A DNA stretch of 63,839 nt, filler included, from Octopus bimaculoides (GCF_001194135.2; 5 parts of 5 records of this genome joined end to end with filler, not necessarily neighbours in it); one strand, 5' to 3'. Shown: positions 11,253 through 25,592, numbered from the whole stretch's first letter. Numbers and translations: made by a program. Notes: generated by a model from the letters alone, not told the origin.

Positions 11253-11889
11253 CATATTGGCTTTGCTGCGTGGGAAGATGTCTGCTTCCCAACCACATTG
11301 TTTCGGGTTGAACTTTTGCTAACCCTTATACACATATAATCTAAACGATAAATTGTTATGGATACCGAGTTTCTTTACTCTTAATAATACTGATATTACT
11401 GTTCAAATTATTGTCTGTTTCGTTTTATTATAAAGCTATCTTTTTGGAATTGCAAATTCTGAATATTATAGAATCCGTTTGCATAATTTTGTTTCTGAAC
11501 AATGAAAATCCATGGAAAGAAGTATTGTCAAGTTTATAATGTAGTTTGATTTGTATTAGTAATATTCCCGAATTTTTCAGTAAAATCGTATGAAAATATT
11601 TTTAGTAAAATATTTCAAATATATCAGTTATTTTAGTGAACAAATATTTTTATGCATTTAAGTTCTGTATAAGATTATTCTAAATTTTTCTATGTTCAAT
11701 TTTAATAAATTAATAATCCAAATATATATTTTGAATATATTTTTGAATTGTTTTATGTATATAAATACATATTAGTTTTTCATCTGTGTATGCGTCTTGT
11801 TTTATGGAAATGCATTTCCCATTGTTATTTGAGATTGAGTAAGCATCATTTAATTGAAATGATTACTTCAGCTGAAATTGGCAGATATG

Positions 11890-11931
<42 letters not shown>

Positions 11932-12179
11932 TATTCTTTACTTTTCACTGACAGACATTAATCAGCGTTCGATCGCTGCAATATGTCAGTCATTTACACT
12001 TATAAATGCATGTATATATAGAGACAGACAGATAGATAGATAGATATGTATGTATGTATATTCATTTATATATGCATTTGTGTATGTGCGTGTGTGCGCG
12101 CTTGGGTTCAAATTGCACGTGATGGTAATATAACTCTCACTCCATAGTTAGATTTTCTTGTTCTTCATTGCAGAGACAT

Positions 12180-12420
12180 GATGGTTTCCAAGCAGAACCA
12201 ACGTATCACCATTGAATTCTTCACGAAGATGGGATGCAAGCGGTCCGACATCCAAAGAAATTTACGCTTTTATAAGGGAATGGCACTCATTGCCGGATCA
12301 TTACGTACGGAATTATGAAGAAATTTAAAGTTAGTGAAACCAACATTGAAACAAACCATACAGTTGGAGACCATAGATTGCAATCGCTGACATGAAACGC
12401 TACAGAATGGACGACCTGTT
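12180..12420 (+). mobile_element. Mariner-like transposase N-terminal remnant
   Basis: QNQRITIEFFTKMGCKRSDIQRNL resembles a mariner HTH start. Confidence 0.5.
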
Positions 12421-13171
12421 CAACACAAACGGATATTTGGCTTGTAGCACAAGACAGCTAGTCGGCTCTGGCTGTAGGAGCTGAAACTAACACAATTCCG
12501 TTGGAAGGTAGGTCTCGGGAGGGCACGGGCCAAAACTACCTTCCCCTCCATTGGTCAGTTGAAGCTTAGATTATGTCACGTGACATTAGCTGGCGCTGTC
12601 TACTGGAGCCTGCCGGTGAATATTTCGGGGAAAATTTGGCAGGGTGGTCATTCGCCCGATGACATTCATTGACACTGCATTGAAGGAACCAAAGAACAAA
12701 AAGCCAAAGAAAAAGGTAAAAAAAATGCACTCATCAGAGAATGAAGACACCTCCGAAAGCTGGGCGGGCGCGAACCGTCGAAAACGTTAGAGGAGTATGG
12801 GCCGAAACCGGACGTTGTTCCTCCTGATGATTTCCTTAGCCACTGGATCCTATAAAGGGGCTGTTGAGGCAGCGAACCACGAAACGTAGTTGCAATTCCC
12901 CACGATATGAAATTACTGCAAAACAAGATTGTTGGCACAATACATTACAGAAGGTGGTTGATATTGGGTATTGGAATGTGTATGGAAATTGGGTATCTCA
13001 GTAGGTAACAGAAGGATAGATGTATGGAAGTCTTGTCTGATCAGCTGGAAGCATTTAAAAGCCAGGAAGCCAAAGATCTCTGTGTTTAGATACTTCCAAC
13101 TAGTGACGGAATCTCGTAAGTTAAGGAGTTATAATACAAAAAATTGTAACCGAACCACAAATTCTCAGCAC

Positions 13172-13335
13172 AGGCACAGAGGTGGCTGTGTGGTAAGAAG
13201 CTTGCTTCCCAATCACATAGTTTCGGGTTCAGTCCCACTGCCTGGCACGTTGGGCAAGTGTCTTCTAATATAGCCTCACACTGACTAAATCCTTGTGTGT
13301 GGATTTAGTACACGGGAACTGTAACAAGCCCATCG
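13172..13335 (+). mobile_element. SINE family A, 5' part
   Basis: ggcacagaggtggctgtgtggtaagaagcttgcttccc...gttgggcaagtgtcttct. Confidence 0.85.
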
Positions 13336-13418
13336 TATCACGTCTATTTTCATTCCTCCACTTCTCTCTATTTCATATCTTATCTAGAATAACTATTGCT
13401 TAACCATTATCTCACACC

Positions 13419-13466
13419 GTCTTCGATGAAGATATATATAAAATATCCCGGAAACAGCTGTAAGAC
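13419..13466 (+). ncRNA. Degenerate hammerhead-like motif
   Basis: gtct-tcgatga-a-gatat..atatc-ccg-GAAA-cagctg-TA-agac. Helix I is gtct/agac and helix III is the palindrome ACAGCTGT; core C3-U4 is altered to TC. Confidence 0.45.
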
Positions 13467-13849
13467 CTATTTATAAATATTCTGAAATCTTTCACAGCCT
13501 TGGATTTTTATCTCATTCTGTAATTTTTTTTATATATACACATGCTGATATATGACCTACGCTGGACTCCTCATTCGTATCATTATCGAACCAGGAGCTT
13601 AACTATGGTCTATCCATAGCACTTACTCAGCATTACCTAACACCTTTGGGTCTTATTGACACCATTACTTTTCATAACCAATATATATATATATATATAT
13701 ATATATGCATGCATGCATGCATGCATGTATGTGTGTAAGTACGTATTTGCGTGTCTGTGTGTAATATTCTTGGGTCACTCTATCTTTATTCACAGTAATT
13801 TAGTACGTCACATTTTCATCAAGGTCAATGTACTATCAGCATTCTTTGT

Positions 13850-14052
13850 GTGGGACAGGAAAGATAGTGAGACCATTAAAACACAGGTTTTGTGTCTTAG
13901 AGTTTAATTCTTCCCGTTCAATAATTAAATAAGAACATTTCTTCTGGCCAAATTCCATTCTTATGTCAGCTGAAAACGCTGTTATTAATTCCAGCTGTTT
14001 GTTTGTATTGTTAACATCTTTAGCATAAATCTTAAGGTCATTCACAAACAAA
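13850..14052 (-). mobile_element. Reverse transcriptase fragment of an RLE-type (R4/Dong/NeSL-like) LINE
   Basis: LFVNDLKIYAK...FSADIRMEFGQKKC matches RT motifs 5-6. Confidence 0.75.
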
Positions 14053-14507
14053 TCGATGGATGGATGAATGGATGGATGGACGGGTGAACGGACGGACGGC
14101 CGTTTGGATGGAGGGATGGCCGGACGGACGGACGGACGGGCGGATGGATCGATGATGGATGGATAAGTGAATGGGGGAGTGAGTGTATGAACTAAAGGAA
14201 GAACCACTCAACATGTTTGGTAGGCGTTACATACATTATAATTTAATAACCACTCATTTCGAGAAATACAGCTGGTGATTTTTATTGGATGTCGCTGACA
14301 TGTCAATTCAGATACTAACAACACCATGTGACCCACATTGGCCAATAACTGCTGAATCTCCAGTAGCCGTCTTCAGCTTATTCATTTCTACTATTCGTCG
14401 GCACAAGTCATATGAACAAGGTGTGTGTGGCGAGACTACGAAACCTTAAGTTACATGAAGGCGAATCAAACCCTTATTAAATGATAATGTCTGTGTACAT
14501 GTATGTA

Positions 14508-14577
<70 letters not shown>

Positions 14578-15689
14578 AACACGTATATATGTGCATGTTT
14601 GGTCTTCTGCATACGAGTACTTATGTTGTATTTTGTTACTCGTTTCACTCATGACTGCAGCCACGTTTGGCCTCCAGCTGATAGGTTTTAGTCTATCATA
14701 TCTCGTAATTATTTTCTCCTTTAGAAAGGGTAATCAAGCGGCAAACATTCATATATTCAAATGAAAGTAAATATATGCATGTGTATGTGACGGTTTGTAT
14801 ATGTGAGCGAAGATTTATATGTCTCTATATGTCTACCTATCTATATCTTTCTCCATATATATATATATATATATATATGGTCATATTCGTATTCATATAT
14901 GTGTGACTTTGTGCCTGTGTGGGTGTATGCGATTTTGTATGATTCTGGTCTAGTTCATATATGAATACTTGTTTGAATACCAAAAGCTTTGCACAGCAAC
15001 ATTGGTCTGTTCGCTTTCTCTTGCATAACATAACCTTTTGAATATATGTCTTAATCTGTTATTAAGTTTTGTTTACAAATAACGCTTCAGTGATTTCAGC
15101 TAAATTATATAAAAACACACTTCTTAAGTATTCCTGCCAAAATATTTCACAATTGAAAACTATCTGTTTAAGTCGAGACTTTCTTTGAGATATTCATTAG
15201 CAAACTCTCGACACCGCCATCTTAAATTACATCAGCCATTTTCTTCTTCTTCACCTTCTCTCTTCTTCACCGTCTCATCATTTCTATATTGTATCTTCTG
15301 CATCTTTTTCATCTTGTTGTTGGTCATTATCGTCTGCTTCATCAAATTTTTGTCTCTGTCTTCAACCTCTTCAATTTTTTATTCGATTTCTTCTGCTTCT
15401 TTTACTTCTAGTTAATATCCAGTCGCGTACACATTAACCTCTGTTTTATATAAATATAATTTAAACATATATATTTTTCAATCCGAGCAAAGAATTCGTA
15501 ATAACGATTTCGTTCTATAAGATCGTTCCCAAATGTACACTACTATAAAACCATAGTTGAATTGCACTTACTATTTTATGGTCTTTCATTAAACTCCATG
15601 TTTTCAATAAAATTAACAAATTTTACACCCTGAAGGAACCAGAACATACAGAACCTTTAAATTCACCGTCAGTCTTTGGGTTATATATA

Positions 15690-15692
<3 letters not shown>

Positions 15693-15780
<88 letters not shown>
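15693..15780. repeat. (GT)n microsatellite
   Basis: Seen directly. Confidence 0.95.
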
Positions 15781-15784
<4 letters not shown>

Positions 15785-18700
15785 ATGTAATTTTTTTATG
15801 GGGACAACTCGAAGTACATTAAATTATATGTAACAGCAAGTAGAATGTTGATTTCAAAAACGTCGGATAGGATAATGTCGTTGCCTACCGATGTAAATAT
15901 ACTTAGCTATACGTACACATATATGGACACCCGTGTGCATAGATGTACACATCCATCCATACATACATCTATCCATGCATACATACATGATGTAATGGCC
16001 GTCCACTAATGACCGAGGAAGACCATTGCTAACCTTCAAGAACAGCGTGCGCTCTAAGACTAACTTATATTTTGCATTTGCAGCTCCGTTGGTGGCTAAT
16101 GCGCCCTGCTCTTGATAAGCATACACAACTGCAAACATTGTAGACCAAGCTTTCCCCATTCACTATGCGACCCGTGCGCTTTCGCACACCTCGCCTAAGT
16201 TCTTCTCGTTGGATATAAGTTTATCTTGTGTGTGCATTTAAATATGCGATTCTTACTCTGGTGTCTAGAGCTTCCCGTATAGTATCTAATTCCACCCGCT
16301 CTCAGCATAGTGATATGGTTACCTCAGTACTTAATAGTTTTACTCCCTATACTGTATATCAATAGTAATAGTAGTAGTATGCATCGCTGCATTTATCTAC
16401 CATTTGTAGGTGAATCCTTACTCCTGGTGGATGACACCTTTGCACCACTCAGGTGGCAACTCGTGGGTTTTTTTTGGACCAGTTCTTTCTGGCGAGGGTT
16501 ATACTAGTTCCGAATGCAAATCCTACCCCCAGCATCCCAGCATCTTTTATTTGTCTTTTACTACGCATCGAGGAAACATTGGGTCTGTCCTTTGGCACGC
16601 CGGTGCCCAAGAACACATGTCACCCAGACCGGGTGACATTAGAACCGAACCCTTGTCTCACCACCATGAATGCAACACCCGAACAAGTAGGCATCACGCT
16701 GTCACAAAAGAACGCAAATTTTAAAGAAATGATATATAAATATATATATATGCATTCACGTGTGTGGGCGCGCGGATCTATGTGTATACAAACGGTATTG
16801 ATTATTATAACTGCCAACTGTAAATAAGACAGCTATTACATTTAACATAAATAAATAGAAGTTAAATATTCTAAAACAAAATTTAGAATAAAACACTAAC
16901 TACGAGGAGACGAAGGTTGTCTTGGAAAAATTATATAAACGCATAAATTCACTGGAACTGCCAATTCATTTCGAAATTATTCCAAGAATTATTAAATACA
17001 ACCTGTAAGAGAAGTCTGTTTGTCCATTTGTTGTTGAGATTGTTTTTCGTTTGTTTGCGTTTTGTTTTGTTTTTGTGGAAGTGCTACCAAAATGGTTGAC
17101 ATCCTTGGCTTTATTATCGTTCCAAAAAGTGATTAGCAATGGGTACATCACTTTAACGATCATTTAAATTAAATAATTATAAATCGTGATGTAAATTAAT
17201 TAGATTTTTAACCTGAGCTAACGTATGAAGTATTATAATTACATAAATTAATTACTTCAGTTAGATTTATCGATTTTCTTTTTGGGGTGGGGTTATGTTT
17301 TCTGTGTAGAAAGCTCGCGCAAATATATTTGATATATGCATTTATTTATTCTTCTGTTCCTTTACTAGTTTTAGTTAATGGACTACGACCATGCTGGAGC
17401 AATGCAGAGGAGGTGTTTTTTTCAGCCGACCAAATTTCAGTGAATTATTAATTTTATCGATCGCTATTTGTCGAACACATTGTGTATCTTTTGACGTAAA
17501 CGATCTCAACTTGACACACCGTTTTCCGCCGTCACCCTCACATGCACTCAAGTTTTTATACATAACAGCCTTTTGCATATCTTTTTTATTATTTTGTTCT
17601 ATATCGTGTTTCAATCGTCAGACTACAGCCATGCTGAGGTACGAAGCGAAGGTACCATGCTGATGTTCCAAGCTGAGGTACCACTTTGAAGAGTTTTCTC
17701 GAACAAATCGACTTCAGTACGTTTTACTAATAAGTTGAACCCTGATCTTTCCCTACCGATAATTTACTCTTTTTCCCAGAAAATATTCTAGCATCTTGGA
17801 GTTGTTGTACGTCCTGAGGTTCTTTTGCTGATATAGGTGTGTGCAGAGCATCTCGTAGCTATTTTCTGCTCTCTAAAATTTTGACGGCTGTGAGAATGAT
17901 AGGCCTTAACAAGTGTCTCAATGAAACACAAAATTTTAGCGGTACCAGGAAATGCTAAATTTTTATGGAGTGGATGGAATCAGACAGGATGGCATAACAG
18001 TACAATAAGAAGAAAATAGAACTATCTGATGATAGAACTATCTGATGATAGACTAAATTATTACCTAGTAGATTGGATTATAGAGGAAGGTGAGTATCAA
18101 AAGTAAATGTAAGGATTATAACCACAGTAACAATTCTGATGACAGAGTGATGTAACGTTGAAACGATGAGGATAGCGTTGAAGCAAGTGCAACAAACACG
18201 ATGTTACAAGCCAATACACTTGCATACACACGTATAGACAACCAATCATACATAGTTATATATATACATGTTTCTACATTTTGTTATACTTTCACTCCAG
18301 ATGCAACAGAAATATTGAGTTTTAGTATATTATAAATGAATATACATTACGTAACACTACTGATCAAAATATGCAATTTAAAATTAAAATAAATAATTAG
18401 AGTCTTGTAGATTTTATAAACTTGACAGAAGGTTTGCTAGTAATAAACGTGTCAAGATGGAGACGATAAACATAAAAAAAGTGGAAATAAGGAGGTAGAT
18501 ATACACCGTGTTCCGCATCTGTAATGCCGTCACTCGCTATGATTATGTAACCAAAAAAGTGAAGCAAATCAAGACACAAAAGGTTGTCTAAAAATCACGA
18601 AATGATCAATGGGCCACAAATATTTTTAAAATGAAAGAATCTTAGAAGACATTCAATGTCCTGAAGGAGTAGCACAATGAACCGCTGGTTAGCTGCGGCG

Positions 18701-19886
18701 TTCTTGTTCCTGACCCCTGCAATGATTAGAGCCTGAATATTTGGCAGCAATTTCCATACATAAGCAGATATACGCATATATATANNNNNNNNNNNNNNNN
18801 NNNNNNNNNNNNNNNNNNNNNNNNNNNNNNNNNNNNNNNNNNNNNNNNNNNNNNNNNNNNNNNNNNNNNNNNNNNNATGGAAACCTTTCAGCTTGACTGA
18901 GCTCAACACAGAAAGATATTTGGCAATGCTCGTCTTCTATCACATTCTGCTAAACACTCTCCCTGTTTTCTATACTAAAACTAACTCATAAATTCAGGTC
19001 TTCGCAGTCTTCATTTGCGTGTAGAACTCGTTTGACTTTATCTTTTTACAAAGGATGCTTCCATGAATAAATATTTCTAAAATATACGTAGACGCTTAGA
19101 AAATCATACATATAGCCACGCAGCATATTTAAGATTTGGCCAGCATACAAATTTAAAATTGTTACTGCTGTACTTCTAAGCAAACGTAAGTTATGTTATT
19201 GCCGAGTTGGCCATGCCAAAGCTGCTAGATACTCTTATTTAAAATATCAGTACGGCACTGCATCTGCTACCAAATGTTACTCTCTGTAATATTATAACAG
19301 TTTATAGCAGTAATAAATGAATCCAATATGTTGATATGAAAATGTATGCATGGATGTATCCTAAATCGTTCACGGCTTTCAGTTATCGCAGAATATTAAT
19401 CCAATACAGAAATGAAGAGCTAATAACATTAATGGATGTGTGCATGCAAAGATTGGTGAATAGGCAACGGTGAAAACAATCTATCGCAATGCATCGAGTC
19501 AAAAGGAAAAGTCATCGAATCTGTAGGAAGTAGTCATACAGTGTGAAGCAAAGAAAAACACGGAGACCATGCCAGGGGGAGGAAAACGAGTGAAAACTAT
19601 TAATGATTGCTGCGTCTGAAAGGCAATGCAAATCTAACAGCATCGGTAGGAAATCAATCGTGATTAGCATAACAAGCAGCCATTGAAGTCTTGTGTGTGA
19701 AAAGAAACCTCTATGAAAAATTCAGAGTTAAACAGCTGTTCAGGAAGAAAGAAAGAACTGGGGGTCTCTATTCAGATAATAATGAATTGAGCAGAATATC
19801 TTTATCAGAAATAGTGAGATTATACAAAAATAAAAACGGAATAGACTTATCACAACACCAGTTATCGACATCTAGATCTCTCTGAA

Positions 19887-20995
19887 TGATGCCACCCGGC
19901 GAAATTTCAAATAAAAATGATGTTCTTTAGTGATATCTATAATATTAACATTCGCGAGGTGGAAACGCTTCTGTTCTGACAAATTAGCATATTCTTTTAT
20001 TACTTAGAGCTAAATTCATTGATTCAGATGTCCCCAAATTTTGAAAAATTATGCATACGGTTTTTGCTTTTATTTTTCGTCGTTTGTTTGTTTGTTTTTG
20101 TAAATCATCCGATTATAATGCAGGGTACTTTTTATCCGAATCGTAAAACTCCAAAAGGGCAGTACTAAGCATTTTTTTGCGTGGGTTGCTTTTTAACTTG
20201 GGTCATTTCATTACAGCAATTCCAGGTAGTATATACATCACTTTGAATATAATGGAATATTCTACGCGTAAATATGTCGTTAGAGAGACATTTGATAAGG
20301 TTTGTTTGCAATATATTATTTATATTACATCATAACGAAAACAAGTTTTTTTTAAGAGAATAAGCAGAAGCAGTATCGACGAGGTGATGCAGAAGATTAA
20401 TAAATGTTTCTTACATTATTTTGACGGATCCACATTATATGATCGCATATGTAAATATATATATTCAGAGAGATTTTACTTGTATATTTAAAGAAAAAAA
20501 TCTCTAGAAAGTGTGGTTAAGCATTATCTAAAACATACCCTGGCAAACTGCACTTTATTTTTTCACTCCTATGGTAATTCATGATATAGACTCAGGTATA
20601 CCGATTCCATCTCCAATAATATTACGCAAATTAAACTTGTACAACGGATGTAAGCTAGCTGTAAATAAAATGGAAGTGCTGTAATGAAATGACCTTAGCT
20701 ATAAAATAACCCCAGCCTCAAGTCCAAATGCAACAAGTGATAAAATATTTACTTCTGTTCTTATGGACTTCTGCGATTCGGATAACACTTTACATTATTA
20801 ATATGAGGAAATATTTTTTAAATCAATAATTTATACATAAATGTCAAAATTTTGTGACATCTGAATTAATTAATTTAGCTCTAAGAAATAAAAGAAAATG
20901 GTAATTTGTCAGAATAGAAACGTTTCTATCTCGCCAAAGTTATTCATATCACTAAAGAACATCAATTTTATTTGAAATTTTGCCGGGTGGCATCA
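19887..20995. mobile_element. Old foldback-type non-autonomous DNA element of about 1.1 kb with long diverged inverted arms
   Basis: tgatgccacccggcgaaatttcaaataaaa pairs with ttttatttgaaattttgccgggtggcatca; inverted homology continues to about 20222/20676 (ttatccgaatcg; gggtcatttcattacagca). Confidence 0.75.
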
Positions 20996-21299
20996 CTGAC
21001 AGAAATCAAGAAGCTGATAATAGTTTTTTTATAACGAGTCTGTTCGATTTTATTTTTATACAGTCTCACGACTTTTGATGAAGTTATTTTTCTCAGTAAT
21101 GCGCACATCTAATATAGAACACATTCCAGAAATATCCAATTTAGTCAGCATGATTGTGTAGTTAAAAAGTTTGTTTTGCAACCACACCATTCCGGTTGGA
21201 ATCTACTGCGAAGTATCTTGGACGGTTATGTTCTACTGTAGCCCTATATTCAGCAATGGATTTAGTGGAATTTGACAAACAACAATTGTGTATGTGTGG

Positions 21300-21600
21300 A
21301 TATATATATAACTCCATCGTTTTATCCTCAGCAATCTATGCCAGCGAGATTAGGAAGAGCTCAGTAGGGACGGATAGAGAACTAAATGTATTTTGACAAA
21401 GGTATCTCGGAATGACCCCGAGTGTCAGCAAACGAGATCATGTCACAAATGAAGGGATTCTCAGGTGTGAAAGGTGCAGGTCGAAGGTCACTTGGCAGCG
21501 GACATTTCAAGGAAACCCGAAGACAGTCGGCATTTTGTGCAAGAGCAGCAACCAGCCGAAACGGAGGGAAGAAGCTTGCCGCGCGCAATTTGCTGAGTTG
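21300..21600 (+). mobile_element. RTE LINE 3' fragment
   Basis: YNSIVLSSAIYASE...ELNVF..RYL...RDHVTNEGIL. Confidence 0.7.
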
Positions 21601-21966
21601 TGCATGAGAATCATAAAAAATGAATACACGTGTAGGTAGGTTTGTGTGTCGTTGTGTGTATTTGTCAGTTCGTGTAATAACGGTGCACGGAGTTACATTT
21701 CATTGCACCAGCATTTCGAGAAACAAACTTGTTTAAATAAGTATGAAACTGATATAAATGTTGAGGTTGATGTGGTCGATAAAAACCTTTAGAGGCGGTG
21801 TTTCTTTATGTCTACATTCCAATAAATGAAACCTGAAGAAACAAACAAATGTATATATGTATGTATGTATGTATTCATGCAATTTTGTAGGTAAGTATGT
21901 ATGTATGTATATATATATATGTGTATGTGTGTTAGTGGGTATGAGTGTGTGTGTATATATATACAT

Positions 21967-22008
<42 letters not shown>

Positions 22009-22309
22009 NNNNNNNNNNNNNNNNNNNNNNNNNNNNNNNNNNNNNNNNNNNNNNNNNNNNNNNNNNNNNNNNNNNNNNNNNNNNNNNNNNNNNNNNNNNN
22101 NNNNNNNNNNNNNNNNNNNNNNNNNNNNNNNNNNNNNNNNNNNNNNNNNNNNNNNNNNNNNNNNNNNNNNNNNNNNNNNNNNNNNNNNNNNNNNNNNNNN
22201 NNNNNNNNNNNNNNNNNNNNNNNNNNNNNNNNNNNNNNNNNNNNNNNNNNNNNNNNNNNNNNNNNNNNNNNNNNNNNNNNNNNNNNNNNNNNNNNNNNTA
22301 TATATCTGT

Positions 22310-22505
22310 GTGTCTGTGTTTGTCCCCCTACCATCGCTTGACAACCGGTGTTGCAGTATTTACTTCCCCGTTGCTTAGCGGTTCGGCAAAGTGACCGATA
22401 GAATAAGTACAAGACTCACAAAGAATAAGTTCTGAGGTCGATTTGTTCGACTAAAGGCGGCGCTCCAGCATGGCCGTAGTCAAATGACTGAAACAAGTAA
22501 AAGAA
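22310..22505 (+). mobile_element. SINE family A, 3' part
   Basis: gtttgtccccctaccatcgcttgacaaccg...ccagcatggccgtagtcaaatgactgaaacaagtaaaag. Confidence 0.85.
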
Positions 22506-22699
22506 TAGTTATATATATGCTATGTATGATATATATCTTTGTGTGTGTGTGTGCGTGCGTGTGCGTTGTGTGTGTGTGTGTGTGTAGGATGCGATGGTTA
22601 AATAGTCGCCATTTTATATTTTTGATTTCGCGTATGTACGTTTTGTTTTGTTTTTGAGTTTGTGGACTACACAGTATACTAGAACTCGTTGGGCACCGT

Positions 22700-23452
22700 C
22701 TGTGAGAAAGACAGCCCCCTGACGCAATTCACTCTGCCAGAAATTTGGAAACAACATGCATTCGCGCCAGAAGCTCCGTTACAAACAGTTCAGAGTGCTT
22801 GGGTGTCAATCTGAGGACAGTGCACTTACCGAGAGTCATAAAAATCATACATCCTGTCAGCATCATGGTCATTGGAGTGATCACTACTGATAGCAACGGT
22901 TTGCCTTCATTCACCTTCCCAAGCTGCCTTATACTAAACACAGAGACCTACATCAAGTGCCTGGTGGAGTTAGTGCTGCCCTGAGTCAAGAGGGTGACTG
23001 TTGGAAGACCCTATGTCCGGCAACAGGACTCTGCACCATGCCACACAAGCAGGAGAACCCAGTTAAGGCTGTCAGACAATTTTTGCGACCACATCACCCC
23101 TAACATCTGGCGACCTAACTCTTCAGACTACAACCAACTTGATTATTACGTGTGGGGCGGAGTTACGCGAGAGACGAGGAAAACTCCTTGTAACACGAAA
23201 GATGAACTGAAAACAAGGATTATGGCAGCCTTCACCAACTTAAACAAGGAGATCGTCCAGAAGAGTTGCAGGAGATTTTTAAGTCGTCTGGAGGCCGTGA
23301 GTGACGCTAATGCCGATTTTATTGAATAAATTTACTCTTTAATATTTCAAGATGTTTTTATGTAATTTTGGGAAATATGTCTGTTAAAATGAGATGTTAG
23401 TGTTATATTCATTTTTGCGTAATTTAGACGACAGTTTATTCACCGCACCTTG
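22700..23452 (+). mobile_element. maT/DD37D-type Tc1/mariner 3' half with right TIR
   Basis: QQDSAPCHTS, IWRPNSSDYNQLDYYVWG and CRRFLSRLEAV..ANADFIE; TIR ...gtttattcaccgcaccttg followed by TA. Confidence 0.85.
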
Positions 23453-24249
23453 TATACATATATACATAGCAGGTATGTAATATGTTTGTATGTATGTATG
23501 TATATATCTGTGTGTGTGTGTATCATTACTCGAAAGGTAAGTGGAACATTATTGAAATAAACACGTTTAGCGCCGACAGAGAGTAATCACCTGCAAAATA
23601 TATGACCTCACATCCGTTAACTAATAACTTTGTGACTTAGCTACGTTCCCATTTCTACAGAAAATTAAAAGAATACGTGAATTCTCCATCGATTTCGAAA
23701 TTGGGTGTGGTAGTTCCAGGCATTTGATCTGCTTACTTATTGAATTATAAAGCAACCGGTTCAGTATTTCACTGATATTTGTAATTATTTTCATCATAGC
23801 ATAGTGTTCAAACTGAATCAGATTAATACAGCGTACGACTAGGATTCCCGTTTGTATTCCACGGGCTGTGATCCGGACAGGTGCCCACCAAATCAATTTC
23901 ACTCCCAACAAACACACACACTTTCGCTAAAGCTGCCGCTTTAACTTAACGCTGATTGGTCAGTCTCTCATTATTGATCCTTTACATCACCAACTGAATT
24001 GCTTAAGGGCACGACTCGTGTCCTTGATTTGGAATCGAGACAATAGACTTCTCATCGAGAGCTTAGTTGCCGAACCACCAGGTCATGTGGCTCCTGAGAG
24101 TCTATGCTTGTATGTGTTTACACACCCACACACACGCATGTATATACATATATATATATATATACAGACATGACAGTAGATACACCATAAAACATTGTTT
24201 TATGTTTATTCTAACGTGAAAAGCTTTATAGTCTGTAAAACCACATCAT

Positions 24250-24480
24250 AAGCAGTTGTCAGAGAATATATACGAGTATGTCTAGATCCGTAACTATCTG
24301 CATGAGAATACGTACATAAAACATACAAATCTGCACATACATACATGCATTCATACATACAAACAAAAATACCCTGCTGTTGAAGTTGAGATTCCAATGA
24401 AGAAGCCTTGGATCTAGGGTAGAAACCGATTCTTTCTCTATTGGCAAGAAATCTTGAAATAAACTGAATAATGACATAAA
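24250..24480 (-). repeat. Unclassified interspersed repeat (second copy at 62330-62600 on the + strand) with internal (TACA)n
   Basis: gaagccttggatctagggtagaaacc here; reverse-complement match ggtttctaacctagatccaaagcttc at about 62355. Confidence 0.75.
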
Positions 24481-25137
24481 TACGTACAGAAATGCCTATA
24501 TTTACGTGGACACACAATCACATATTTACACAAACATGGATACGCACCTATATGGTTTTCTTTGCGTTTATATATATACACAAGTAAACCCAGAATTGAA
24601 ATCTATCAAACCGTTAACAGTTGAAGTGGGATCCAGTAACGAATAGAATTGGACAACTAATTACGTAACACATGACCTGTACCTCCACTTGGCTAAGTAC
24701 ATTCACAACTTGGCAAACACCATGATTCTTCTAAGATTTATACATTATTTTAGTCCTACGAAGTGTATTCTTGAGATTAGAAGTTTTAAGACAGATATTA
24801 ATGATATTTTCCTAATATAGAAATGAAGTGGAATTTGTTTGCACTCATAGTGAATACAGTTTGTGACTTTCGGTTCTATTTTATAATGTTTTTGACCTAA
24901 CCGTTGACACAAGACAAATAAAATTTGAAAATAGTTGTGCTTGTGTGTCTGTGTCTGTCTGTGTCTGTCTGTGTGTTTGTGTGGTGGGGATGGGTGTAAA
25001 TAAAGTCAGATTGTTAGAATAGACTAATATGGATGGGAGATTTGCGCCCTCTGAATACTTCATTAAATTTATATTTATTGCAGCTTATTTCAAGAAAACA
25101 CGTAAACCTATGTTTTCGCACACATAACCCTACGCTG

Positions 25138-25181
<44 letters not shown>

Positions 25182-25360
25182 ATATATATATGTATAGGTA
25201 TAAACGTGGCTGCGTGGTAAGAAATTTGCTTCCGAACCACAGGATTCCAGATCCTTCCTAATGTTTGAGTACTTGAATAAGTGTCTTCTACTATATAGCC
25301 TCGAGCCGACCAAAGCCTTAGGAGTGGATTTGGTAGATGGAAACTGAAAGAATCCTGTCC

Positions 25361-25399
<39 letters not shown>

Positions 25400-25592
25400 C
25401 GGTGTGTTTCTCTAGGTCTGTGCAAGTGTCTGTATACACGCATACACAAATTATATATATATACACACACACACANNNNNNNNNNNNNNNNNNNNNNNNN
25501 NNNNNNNNNNNNNNNNNNNNNNNNNNNNNNNNNNNNNNNNNNNNNNNNNNNNNNNNNNNNNNNNNNNNNNNNNNNNNNNNNNNNNNNNNNNN

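Noticed and set aside
15230-15415. Acidic Glu/Asp-rich reading on the minus strand
   Set aside because: Degenerate (GAW)n purine tract with in-frame stops.
18686-18745. Signal-peptide-like MNRWLAAAFLFLTPAMIRA
   Set aside because: Ends in a stop after 19 codons with no splice donor.
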